Of a DNA stretch of 64,000 nucleotides, positions 33,084 through 42,700 are shown piece after piece. Under the pieces are notes generated by a model, which searched no databases, was not told the DNA's origin, and was given only the letters and a program-made list of their open reading frames with translations. The position numbers were made by a program, and so were the translations under genes. The stretch lies in the IMG/VR virus record IMGVR_UViG_3300048999_000166, positions 1 through 64,000 of that record; one strand, written 5' to 3'. This DNA comes from a virus. Every line of letters begins with the position of its first letter. The first letter of the stretch is position 1.

Positions 33084-34793
33084 ATGATTCCCAAGACTGG
33101 GGATATGTTCGGCGATGCGGATAACCCGCTTGAGATCGCCGAGCGTTTTGAAGGCTATAAGGCCGCGCTGACTAAGTCCGCGCATAACCCGCTCCCGACT
33201 CCGGGTGTTCCGACCCTTGAGGGTCAGGCATCCAACCCGATGCTGGAGCTGCAGAAGTCTCTGGGCTCTGACATCGTCCAGAAGGCGCTCTCGGCTGAGC
33301 TGCTGGAGTCGGTGCGCAATTCGCTGGCTAGCGCTGACATCCAGAAGGACCTGCTGGTCGGTACCGGTGGCGCGCTGGGTGGTACTGGTGGTCTGAACGC
33401 TTACGACCTCGAAGCTCCCGCGAAGCTTCTGGCCCCTCGTCCGACGCCGCTGCGTAACCGCATCGCGCGCCGTAAGGGCGTCGGTACGGCTCACCAGTAC
33501 AAGCGGATCACCGGCTTTACTGGTACCGGTACCGGCGGTCTTTCTCTGTTGCGGCCCGGCATTACTGAGTCCACGCAAACCGCGTTCGGTGGAGTCAGTT
33601 ACCTGCGCGGTCCGAAGATCTCGTACGCTGGCGACCAGGCGTCCGTTCCTTACATGCAGTTCGGCGTGTCGGACCAGGTCTCCTGGGCCGCGCAGTTCTC
33701 CGGCCAGGGTTACCAGGACATTCGTCAGCTCTCGCAGACGTCCGTCCTGTACTCCTCGATGCTGCTCGAAGAGCGCATGCTGCTCGGTGGTCGTGGTACT
33801 GGCTCCGGCTTCGCTGGTGCGCTCGCCGCCCCGACTCCGGTCGCATTCGGTACGCCCGCTTCGGCGGCCGCCGGCCAGACCGGTATCACCGGCCTGACCA
33901 CCAACCTCTACGCGCTGGTGACCGCTGAGTCGGTCTGGGGCGAGTCGGTGCTGTCGAGCGTGGCGAACGTGGCCATCACCAACGGCCAGGTCGTCACGTT
34001 GTCCGCGACGTTGCCCGCTGGTGCGACCGGCATGAAGGTTTATCTTGCCACTGCCGCATCTTTGCCCGGCGCCAATACCGCGTATCACTTCTACGGTCGC
34101 TTCAGCGGCGGCAGTACGGTGATCCAGGGCGCGGTACCGACCACTACCGCCACTGCCGCCGTGGTGTCCACCAACGGCGACACCTCGGGCTCAGCGCTGG
34201 ACTACGACGGCATCTTGACGTACTGCACCGGGCCGAACTCCGGCTACGTGCAGAACATCAGTGCCATCTCCAACGGCGCCTCCTCGGGCGCGGTCAATGG
34301 TGGCCTGAACGTCAACAACCCGGGTGCTGAGTTCTTCTCGGCCTTCGCGGCGCTGTACGACAGCGTGAAGGCGGACCCGGACGAGGTGCTGGCGAATGGT
34401 AACGACCGCAAGCAGCTGTCGGACCTGCTGAAGACGTCGTCCAGCTCGAACTACCAGATCAGCCTGATTAACGCGCCTGGTACTGAAGGCGTGCACGATG
34501 CTCACCTGGGCTCGTTGGTGACCGGCCTTCAGAACGAGGTCACCGGCAAGATGGTGAATGTCACCGTGCACCCCTGGCTGCCTCAGGGCAATATGCCGAT
34601 CATTTCCTGGACGCTTCCTCTGCCGGACTCGAACATTTCCGATGTGTTCGCGGTCTACAATGTTCAGGATTACATGGCCATCGAATGGCCGGTCACGCAG
34701 TTCGCCTATGAGACCAGCTCGTACTGGTACGGAACAATGGTTTGTTACGCTCCGGCGTGGCAGGGTGCAATCACAGGAATCACCAAGATCTAA
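33084..34793 (+). CDS. major capsid protein
   Basis: Position after protease; YDLEAPAKLLAPRPTPLRNRIAR; strong codon bias; followed by terminator. Confidence 0.85.
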   Translation: MIPKTGDMFGDADNPLEIAERFEGYKAALTKSAHNPLPTPGVPTLEGQASNPMLELQKSLGSDIVQKALSAELLESVRNSLASADIQKDLLVGTGGALGGTGGLNAYDLEAPAKLLAPRPTPLRNRIARRKGVGTAHQYKRITGFTGTGTGGLSLLRPGITESTQTAFGGVSYLRGPKISYAGDQASVPYMQFGVSDQVSWAAQFSGQGYQDIRQLSQTSVLYSSMLLEERMLLGGRGTGSGFAGALAAPTPVAFGTPASAAAGQTGITGLTTNLYALVTAESVWGESVLSSVANVAITNGQVVTLSATLPAGATGMKVYLATAASLPGANTAYHFYGRFSGGSTVIQGAVPTTTATAAVVSTNGDTSGSALDYDGILTYCTGPNSGYVQNISAISNGASSGAVNGGLNVNNPGAEFFSAFAALYDSVKADPDEVLANGNDRKQLSDLLKTSSSSNYQISLINAPGTEGVHDAHLGSLVTGLQNEVTGKMVNVTVHPWLPQGNMPIISWTLPLPDSNISDVFAVYNVQDYMAIEWPVTQFAYETSSYWYGTMVCYAPAWQGAITGITKI

Positions 34794-34802
34794 GTATTAC
34801 CC

Positions 34803-34837
34803 AGAAAGGGCGTCTCTCACGTAGAGGCGCCCTTTCT
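34803..34837 (+). terminator. hairpin terminator after capsid
   Basis: agaaagggcgtctct/agaggcgccctttct. Confidence 0.7.
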
Positions 34838-34868
34838 GCTGTTCATCCACAATTTGAAAGGCTTCTTC

Positions 34869-35132
34869 ATGCCCGAGGACGACAAGAGCACACCAGTAAG
34901 ACGTGGGCCTGGTCGGCCCCGGAAAGTGCAGGAGCCACCGAAGCCTGAGGTCAAGGTGGAGGTCCCGGAGAATACAGAGGTGGCGGTCGAGGTCAGGTCG
35001 GAGCCGACGCACGATCCGGAAGACCCCCGCATCGGTCAGTCGTGTGATCCGGACTGGTCCGTAGTCGCGTTCAGCGACACCGACCGCATGTACCGCTGTG
35101 AGAACGGTGTGATTGTCGAAAGGGTTCGATAA
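34869..35132 (+). CDS. small virion-associated protein
   Basis: RRGPGRPRK motif common in small head-region proteins. Confidence 0.55.
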   Translation: MPEDDKSTPVRRGPGRPRKVQEPPKPEVKVEVPENTEVAVEVRSEPTHDPEDPRIGQSCDPDWSVVAFSDTDRMYRCENGVIVERVR

Positions 35133-35507
35133 ATGGCTAAGTATATATGTGAGAGTTCATCTGGTCAGCTAACTGTTGTTCCTTCGTCGACTCTGCAACT
35201 GCTCCGAGTTGAGCCATTTATCGCTACTGTTGGCGCTCGTCTGACACTGGCGCGGGTGACCAGCCCCACCTTTTCAGGAGGTAGCGCAGGGCAGGACGCG
35301 CCGCTTCTCGATGGAGGTCGCGCTTCCGGGTGTGCACTGACTACCTCCGTTCAGCCCAGTGGCACGTTTGAGTGGCTCCAGAGTTGGGATGCAAGCAGGG
35401 GACCAATCAATTTTTCTGACTTGACGATAACCGTCGGAGCTGGTGTTGGGCTTTACTTTCAGTCCCTATTCCCCAGCTTCGATTTTGGTGTTATTTACTC
35501 GGTTTAG
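35133..35507 (+). CDS. hypothetical beta-rich protein
   Basis: 124 aa, lower GC than neighbours. Confidence 0.55.
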   Translation: MAKYICESSSGQLTVVPSSTLQLLRVEPFIATVGARLTLARVTSPTFSGGSAGQDAPLLDGGRASGCALTTSVQPSGTFEWLQSWDASRGPINFSDLTITVGAGVGLYFQSLFPSFDFGVIYSV

Positions 35508-35516
35508 GAGTTCCTG

Positions 35517-35771
35517 ATGCCCCGTCTACTCTCCCCTGATGACGCCTGCATCTCCGTCAAGGTGCCGACCGCTCGCGGTGAACGCCAATACGACGGCCGG
35601 ACCATTAACGTCACGGATCCGACGCACATTCGAATGCTCAAGAGCCAGGGCTACGTTCTGGCCGATGCCTCTGGCGGTCCGTCGCGCGTGCGTGGGTTCG
35701 ACTGCGAGTGCGGATTTAGTTCGTTTTTCCGTAAGTGCGGCCGATGCGGTCGCACGAATGATAAGGAGTGA
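35517..35771 (+). CDS. zinc-ribbon protein
   Basis: CECGFSSFFRKCGRCG. Confidence 0.65.
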   Translation: MPRLLSPDDACISVKVPTARGERQYDGRTINVTDPTHIRMLKSQGYVLADASGGPSRVRGFDCECGFSSFFRKCGRCGRTNDKE

Positions 35772-35776
35772 CTGTC

Positions 35777-36001
35777 ATGGCTGACACCGAGAAGCAGGAC
35801 GCCGCGAAGGAAGAGACCACTCGCAAGGAGGCCGCCAAGGCAGCCGAGGAGCAGGCCAAGCAGAACGAGGCCGACCTCGACACCTTCGCGTCCTTCCACC
35901 GCGGTGAGGCGCTCGCGCGTGGCGAGGGCGGGTCCCTCGACCTCCCGGCTTTCCTGGCGGCTCGCGAGGCCGAGAAGGACGCAGCCAAGGACAAGGACTA
36001 G
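35777..36001 (+). CDS. small charged protein
   Basis: RBS aaggag. Confidence 0.6.
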   Translation: MADTEKQDAAKEETTRKEAAKAAEEQAKQNEADLDTFASFHRGEALARGEGGSLDLPAFLAAREAEKDAAKDKD

Positions 36002-36027
36002 CTCCCCGTCGGCCGAAGGAGTAATCC

Positions 36028-36324
36028 GTGGCGACCTATCTACCGACCGTCAACTTGGCCCCGCTGTTCAACTTCGTCCAGTTCACGACCGGTGGTGGGG
36101 CCTCGGCCCTGCAGACCGCGCTGAACGCGATGTCGGGCGTGACCAACGTGCAGTGTTTCGCCGACGCTCAGACCTCGGGGAACGCGCTCGTGGTGCACAA
36201 CGAGACCACCGTGTTCTCGGTGCCCCCGAACAACTACGTCGGATTCAACCAAGGGCAGTGGACGCAGTACCCAGCCGCGAAGCTGGCCGGCGGCGCGAAC
36301 AGCACCTTCACCGCATACCCCTAA
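36028..36324 (+). CDS. hypothetical protein
   Basis: RBS gaaggag. Confidence 0.65.
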   Translation: MATYLPTVNLAPLFNFVQFTTGGGASALQTALNAMSGVTNVQCFADAQTSGNALVVHNETTVFSVPPNNYVGFNQGQWTQYPAAKLAGGANSTFTAYP

Positions 36325-36342
36325 CTGAACAGGAGGCACGCC

Positions 36343-37194
36343 ATGACCGCGCCCACCATCGCCTCCGTCTCCACCATGGGGCAGACCGTCCCGTACATCA
36401 CGGTGGCGGAGCTGAAGCGCTCCCCGATCTCCACCCAGCTGCGCAAGCTGGTGCCCGGCTCCTCGGACGCCGATCGGGACGCTGAGCTAGCTCGGATCAT
36501 CATGCGTGTCTCCGCGATGATGAATTCGGAGGTCACCCAGAACCTGGCCGCCACGGTGGATACCGAGGTCGGCCGGGTTCGGGTGTCCGACGACGGGGAT
36601 CTGCGCATCCATTGCCGCAGCAACCCGATCATCGAGGTGCGCTCGATCTCGATCGGCACCGAGGTGCGGTCGCTGACCGAGTTCTCTGACCCCGCCAACC
36701 AGGTCGTGCTCGATCCGTGGCGCATCACCATCCCGCGCTGTGTGGGCGGGAACTGGCGCGCGGGCACCCGGCTCTGGGCCAAGTGGACCTACGTCAACGG
36801 TTACCCGGTCACCACGCTGGCGCAGCCCGTGGCCGCCGGTGACACCCAGATCGTTGTCAGCAATCCACTCGGCATCGAGCCGGGCATCACCGACCTCACC
36901 ATCGAGGACGGGAAGTGGATCGAGGAACACATCGTCCCGACGGCGGTAACCGGCAACGTCCTCACCGTCGAGCCCCTGATGTTCCCGCACGAGGTAGGGG
37001 TGGGGTGCACCGCGCTCCCGAACGACCTCAAGGAAGCGACGCTGCTGCTCATCTCGCGGCTGCACGACACCTGGAGCTTGTCGATGGGCGCGATCACCCA
37101 TGACGGGACGGGCGCCAGCGTTCCGGGCGCGCGGGTGAAGCGCGCGATGTGCGACGCGGCGGTCATGTTGTCTCCGTATCGGCGGATGTGGTGA
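36343..37194 (+). CDS. head-to-tail adaptor
   Basis: Position; PYITVAELK N-terminus and LPNDLKEATLLLI C-terminus typical of connectors. Confidence 0.65.
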   Translation: MTAPTIASVSTMGQTVPYITVAELKRSPISTQLRKLVPGSSDADRDAELARIIMRVSAMMNSEVTQNLAATVDTEVGRVRVSDDGDLRIHCRSNPIIEVRSISIGTEVRSLTEFSDPANQVVLDPWRITIPRCVGGNWRAGTRLWAKWTYVNGYPVTTLAQPVAAGDTQIVVSNPLGIEPGITDLTIEDGKWIEEHIVPTAVTGNVLTVEPLMFPHEVGVGCTALPNDLKEATLLLISRLHDTWSLSMGAITHDGTGASVPGARVKRAMCDAAVMLSPYRRMW

Positions 37195-37604
37195 GCCGGT
37201 ACAACGACGTCCGCAAGAGCCTCGGTGGGGCCGCGCAACAATGGCTCGGCTCCATCGGGGTGGAGCAGCCGGCCATGAACGTATACAACTACGTTCCGCG
37301 CACCCTGATCCCGCCCTCGGTGATTATCCAGCCGGTCGCGCAGCGGACGCTCAGCTATCTGGATGTGCTGGGCCAGGGCAACCTGGCCGACTGGTACTTC
37401 CATGTACTGATCGTCGTGGGGCTCGTCGATGAAGAAGCCGCCCAGGAACTGATGGGCGACATCATCTCCCCCGGGTCATCGCTGATATACGCCTTGCAGG
37501 AATGTATGCGATTCGTGCAGGTAGTCGATGGATCCGTCGCCGAGATGATGTTCGATGGCGCGCTCCACGCTTACGCGAGAATTAACGTCAAGATTAAGGC
37601 GTAG
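37191..37604 (+). CDS. tail terminator/neck protein
   Basis: Position; VYNYVP...PPSVIIQP; GTGA coupling. Confidence 0.55.
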   Translation: MSRYNDVRKSLGGAAQQWLGSIGVEQPAMNVYNYVPRTLIPPSVIIQPVAQRTLSYLDVLGQGNLADWYFHVLIVVGLVDEEAAQELMGDIISPGSSLIYALQECMRFVQVVDGSVAEMMFDGALHAYARINVKIKA

Positions 37605-37617
37605 TTCTCTTTACGCT

Positions 37618-37642
37618 CGGCCCCCTTCTGGGGGCTTTTTTA
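37618..37642 (+). terminator. intrinsic terminator
   Basis: gccccc/gggggc stem plus tttttt. Confidence 0.7.
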
Positions 37643-37667
37643 TTGCCCTCACACAGGAAGGTGGCTC

Positions 37668-37898
37668 GTGGCAGGAAAGAGTTACCCCGTGCTTCGACCG
37701 TTCCGGTGGGCAGATCCGAAGTCGGGAACTGACACCCATTACGACCCTGAAGGGGATAACAGCACCTTCTCTGGACCGGTCACGGACGACATGACCAGCC
37801 CGGAGGGTCCCGATGGTCGGGGCCCCCTGCTCGGGGATGAGACATCCGATAAGGCGAGTACTTCTACCGCCGCGGCCAGCACCTCCAAGGAGAAGTAA
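37668..37898 (+). CDS. small virion-region protein
   Basis: RBS ggaagg. Confidence 0.6.
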   Translation: MAGKSYPVLRPFRWADPKSGTDTHYDPEGDNSTFSGPVTDDMTSPEGPDGRGPLLGDETSDKASTSTAAASTSKEK

Positions 37899-37900
37899 CA

Positions 37901-38680
37901 ATGGCCATCGACCTTAACCAGGTGACCGATGTCTACCCCGCGTACAAGACGCAGTGGGGCATCGAGCAGTACCTGTTCGGCGCACAGGGTAACGATCTGG
38001 AGCACAGCCGCAAGGCGGACAAGATTGACGGCTCCGGTTTCGGTACGCGGGTGCGCAACTCGCTGCCCGGTCTTCAGGATGGCTCTCTGAAGATCAAGGG
38101 CCTGGCCGCCATGGAAAAGGGCGCGCTGAACTGGCAAGTCAACCAGTGGTTCGGGCGCAAGTCCCCGATCAATGCTTGGTACGCCACTCAGGGGCTGACC
38201 GCGCTTTCCCCGATCACCATGCAGCCCAGCTCGATCATCGATGCCTCCATCAGCGCAAAGCTGAAGGACGCTGTTGATTTTAGCTTGGAGTTGGACGCGC
38301 GCGGCGCCTACAACGACGGTGTCATCCTGCTGTCGCCGAGTACCCCGCTCACCACCGCTTCGGGCACCGGCTCGCTGGATGACAACACCCTCTTCGGTGG
38401 CGCCACCCAGACCGGAGCCGCGGCTCAGCTGCACGTGTGGGCGATCGATGGCGGCACCAGCCCCGCGTCCGCGATCAAGATCCAGCACTCCACCGACGGC
38501 ACCACCTGGGTTGACCTGATCACCTTCAGCTCGGTGACCGCGATCGGGAGCCAGCGGGTCACGCTGCCCTCGACCACGGTGGTCAACGCGAAGGTGCAGG
38601 CGATCTGGACGAACACCGGCAGCCCGACCGGCGTGCAGGTGCTGCTCGGGTTCGCTCGCGGCGTCAACCTCGACGTCTAA
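37901..38680 (+). CDS. major tail (tube) protein
   Basis: Position before chaperone; SGFGTRVRNSLPGLQDGSLKIKG. Confidence 0.75.
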   Translation: MAIDLNQVTDVYPAYKTQWGIEQYLFGAQGNDLEHSRKADKIDGSGFGTRVRNSLPGLQDGSLKIKGLAAMEKGALNWQVNQWFGRKSPINAWYATQGLTALSPITMQPSSIIDASISAKLKDAVDFSLELDARGAYNDGVILLSPSTPLTTASGTGSLDDNTLFGGATQTGAAAQLHVWAIDGGTSPASAIKIQHSTDGTTWVDLITFSSVTAIGSQRVTLPSTTVVNAKVQAIWTNTGSPTGVQVLLGFARGVNLDV

Positions 38681-38684
38681 ACCC

Positions 38685-38942
38685 GTGCCGGAGTTCAACT
38701 CCGAGGCGGAATGGCGCGACTGGGTAAAGGCGGTCTGTACCAGCACTACACAGTTCGCCAGCGACGGGATCGCGGCAGTCAAGAGAATGCTCGATCCGCA
38801 CAATGCCATGGAAATGGATTGTCGGGTCAAGAAACACCCTGACTGCTGCGTTCTCTGCCGCCTCAACGATGACTGCGACAAAATCCCCCTGCATGTGCGG
38901 TGCCGTTGCACCCCAGAAATGTATTTCAAATTTGAAGACTAA
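38685..38942 (+). CDS. small Cys-rich protein
   Basis: CCVLC...PLHVRCRC. Confidence 0.5.
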   Translation: MPEFNSEAEWRDWVKAVCTSTTQFASDGIAAVKRMLDPHNAMEMDCRVKKHPDCCVLCRLNDDCDKIPLHVRCRCTPEMYFKFED

Positions 38943-38973
38943 CCGTAGATCGAGGAGGGGGAGGATACCCCGA

Positions 38974-39438
38974 ATGCCTGACACTGATGTCGCTGATGTC
39001 CCGGAGCTAGAAGTGGTCGACGCGGAAGTACCAGAGGAGGACGAGGAGGAGTTTGAACTCGTCACCAGCGCTCGTCAGCTCGCTCCCCCTCCGAAGCTGC
39101 GGACCGAAAAGGTCACCCTCAAGGACTGGCCGACCGTCTCCGGGAAGCCCGCTCGGTTCATCCTGTGGGAGATGACCGCGTCCGACTACGAGGACTTCTT
39201 CGACGCGGGCCGCATCTACAAGGATGGCGCCTTCGTCCGTTACAGCTCCAAGTTCGAGGATCTCCGCTTCCTGGCGTGGACCGTGCGCGACCAGTACGGG
39301 AACCGCCTGTGGTCGACCGTTGACATCGCCAAGGCCCAGCTCGGAGGGGTGGGTCGGGCCACCCTGAACCAGCTGCTGAACGCGGCCAACCGGGTCAACA
39401 GCGCGAAGGTGGCTAGCTCCTCGGGAAACTCCGACTAA
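38974..39438 (+). CDS. tail assembly chaperone (gpG)
   Basis: Upstream of tape measure; ends at slippery GGGAAAC. Confidence 0.8.
   Translation: MPDTDVADVPELEVVDAEVPEEDEEEFELVTSARQLAPPPKLRTEKVTLKDWPTVSGKPARFILWEMTASDYEDFFDAGRIYKDGAFVRYSSKFEDLRFLAWTVRDQYGNRLWSTVDIAKAQLGGVGRATLNQLLNAANRVNSAKVASSSGNSD
39423..39429 (+). other. programmed -1 frameshift site
   Basis: G GGA AAC; the -1 frame is open as GKLRLNPDELVAYDLAWALG... to 39701. Confidence 0.85.
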
Positions 39439-39701
39439 ACCCAGACGAGTTGGTTGCCTACGACCTAGCGTGGGCACTGGGTTTTGCACACCCCGACATT
39501 CTGCGTGAACAATTGTCTAGGTCGCAGTGGTTGGGGTGGCTGCAATGGATGGTCGTCAGAGGTCCTATCGGCCCACAGCGTATCGATTACTACACCTCCT
39601 TCTTGGCGCGGTATTCCGGCGGTACTTACCCGGCGGAGATCACCGTTGAAGAATTCGCTATGCCGTGGGACGAGTCCAATCCGGACAAATACAGGAAGTA
39701 G
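39423..39701 (+). CDS. frameshift extension of tail chaperone (gpGT)
   Basis: LAWALG...LREQLSRSQWLGW gpT-like pattern. Confidence 0.8.
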   Translation, partial: GKLRLNPDELVAYDLAWALGFAHPDILREQLSRSQWLGWLQWMVVRGPIGPQRIDYYTSFLARYSGGTYPAEITVEEFAMPWDESNPDKYRK

Positions 39702-39716
39702 CGGGGGGAGTGCATC

Positions 39717-42700
39717 GTGGCCGTCATTCATCTTGACGTGACCGGTGACTGTACTGGCGCGGTCGATGCACTCAACAACACCTCGGCGGCGGTCGATGGC
39801 CTGCACGGCAAGACCGCCACCGTCGGGGTGATGGTCACGGGCGGCTCGGAGGCGGAGTCTGGCCTTCGGGGGGTCACCGCCGCCGGTCGCGAACTGAGCG
39901 GCACCACCATCTCGGTCGTCCTGGACTCCAGCGCGATCGCTATGGCCAGCAGCGATCTGGGCGGTCTGCGAGGCCAGGTTCGGGGCGCCGCCAGTGACCT
40001 CGACGCGATGGCCGGCAGCCGCGCGTTCAGCATCACCGACGGTGGCTCGATCAGCGGGATGTCGCGCGAGCTGGTGTCCGCGAACGCCGCGGCGAGCGGC
40101 CTGGCCCAGACGATGGGCCAGGCCGGCCACGCCGCGGGAGCCGCGGCGTCCGGCATCGACACCACCACCGCCTCGCTCGGCGGACTCTCCGCCACCGGCG
40201 CCGACGCGAGCGCCGGCCTCGACTCGATGACCAACTCCGCTCAGGAGCTGGAGAAGCGTCTCGGGTCGACCTCGCAGGTGGCCAAGGACGCTCGAACGGA
40301 GCTGAACGCGCTCGCGGGCGCGGGCGGTGGAGGCGGTGGTGGGGGAGCGCTGTCCGGCGGATTCGGGAGTTCATCTCCCGCGGTTCGAGCGGCCGCCGCC
40401 AACTACGCGCACTCCGGTTACGTCGCCCAGTACGGTCAGCCGACGCCTCCGGGCGGCGGTGGAGGCGGGGGCGGCGGTGGAGGCGGGGGCGGAGGAGGCG
40501 GAAGCGCGGGCGCTGGAGGGGCCCGCGACGATGAGGGCGGTGGCATGCGTGGCATGCACGGCCTGCTCCAAGGCGCCCAGATGGTTGGCCTCGTCGCTCT
40601 CGGTTCGGAGGCGGTTGCCGCCGCGGCCGGCGTCATGTCGGTCAACGCGGTCGTCAAGGACACTCCCGCGTTGGCACGCGCCGCCAACCAGTCGATGCTG
40701 GAGTTCGCCAAGGGGGTGCGCTCCGGTTCCGCTGGTGCCGCCGCCGAAGGGGTGCCCGCGATCCATGCGCTGGGTGCTGAGCTAGGCGCGCTCGGCAACG
40801 AGGTCGGGAAGATCGGTGGTGCGCAACTCGGCAATGTGTTGTCGAGCGTGGGCCAGCTGGCCGGCGGCGCCACGAGCGCACTGCAGGCTCTAGAGCCCGC
40901 GATCGGTCCGGCCATCTCTGGTCTGACCAACGTCGGGATGGGGCTGCTGGACGGTATCGCCAACCCGCAGGTTGCAGCAGCGGTGGGCGGGCTGGGCGAT
41001 GCGCTCTCCCAGCCCGGCATTCGCGCCGCGACCGCGGACATCGCTGCCGGCGTCGTGACTGACAGCGCGATCATCACCAGCGCCGCTGGCGACATCCTCA
41101 ACACGGTCGGGAACGTGTTGGAGGGAGTCACCGGCAGTCCCGAGGGCGCTCAGGACGTCAGTGGCGCCCTCATGGGCGGTGGTGGAGCCGCGTGGGCGGC
41201 CAGCAAGTTCGGTGTCAAGGGAGCCGGGCTGGGCATTGCTGGCGCGCTGGGTACCGCCGCCTTCGCTCAGGCTCAGATGGAGCAGTCGGCGGGCCGCGAA
41301 GACATGGTCGCGCCCGGAATGATCGGCGGCGGACTGGGCGCCATGATCGGCGGCATGGTCGGTGGTCCCGGCGGAGCTGTCGCCGGCTACATGGCTGGCG
41401 ACGCCCTCATGGAGGGCGCGCAGAACCTGCCCACCGCCGCTACGGATCCCTTCGATTCGAGCAAGACCGATAACTGGCAGAGCGCGGCCCTGGGCGTGGG
41501 CGGTGGCGCCCTAGCCGGTGGCGCCATCGGTGGCCTGATCGGTGGTGTGCTCCTGCCAGGCATCGGGGCGATCCCGGGTGCCATGATCGGAGCCACCCTC
41601 GGTGGTGGTGGCGGAGCCGCCTACGCGGCCTACGGCCCAGGCTCGGGCGGTGGAGGTGGTTGGGAGCAACATCTGGCCAGTGGCCAGAGCGTCCAGCCCA
41701 GTACCGCCGCTGGCAAGTACGGCTGGAGCGAGGACGCTCAGGGCAATCTGACGCCCAACAATGTCGCTCCTACCGCGGCTCAGCAGGCTGCCGCTACCGC
41801 GCAAGGCGGTACCGACCAGTCCATCATCCAGGCGGGCGGAAAGCTTACTTCCCCGGATGACATCCCGGACTCGATGAAGCCCGACCAGCCGAAAATCCCA
41901 GTGGGCGGGGGTTCTGGCTCGAAGGGGCTACAGGGCGACTCGGGGGCGCAGGTCTCCCAGCGCCAGCTCCAAGAGCTGGGAGTGACAAGCTCGTCCACTG
42001 CCGGTGGTCTTAACCAGACCGCTGCGAGCGCCCAGAACACCACAGCTGCGATGAATCGGCTGAGCAGCAGCGGGAGCAGTGTCAGCGCTCCGATGGAGCA
42101 GGTTTCGTCGGCCAGTACCCGGATGAATTCCGCGCTTAGCTTGACGGGCCAAAGTGCTGGTCAGACCACCCAGTCGCTCAACCGGACCGCTCAGGCTACG
42201 ACCTCGGTGGCGCAGGCGGTCACGCAGACCGCCTCCGCCGCACAGCCCGCGATGCAGTCCATCGCCAAACTGCCGGAACAGGCGTCGACCGCGATGTCCT
42301 CGGCCAGCTCGTCGGTGTCGTCCGGTGGTTCGAAGATGGGCGGGGAGATCCCAACCTCGATGGCCTCGGGAGTCAGGCAGCAGACCAGCCAGGTCTGTGA
42401 CGCGACAGCTGAAATGGCGGCGGCTGCCGCAAACTGCGGTAAGGCAGGCCTGAACGCGCACTCTCCGTCGCAGATCTTCGTCGACCTCGGTGTCGGTATC
42501 GGCGATGGTTTGGCGATCGGTGTTCGTGACAGCACTCCTACCGCAACCGCCGCAGTAGGCAGTGCGATGAAGCAGGTGGTGGCCGCGGGGCAAGCGGGCC
42601 TCGCGGCGGCGTCCCCCTCCGGGGAGTTCCGCGCGATGGGCCAGCAGGCTGTGGCCAACATGGCCAGCGGTACGCAAGGTTCCGGTCAGGCCGCCGCTGC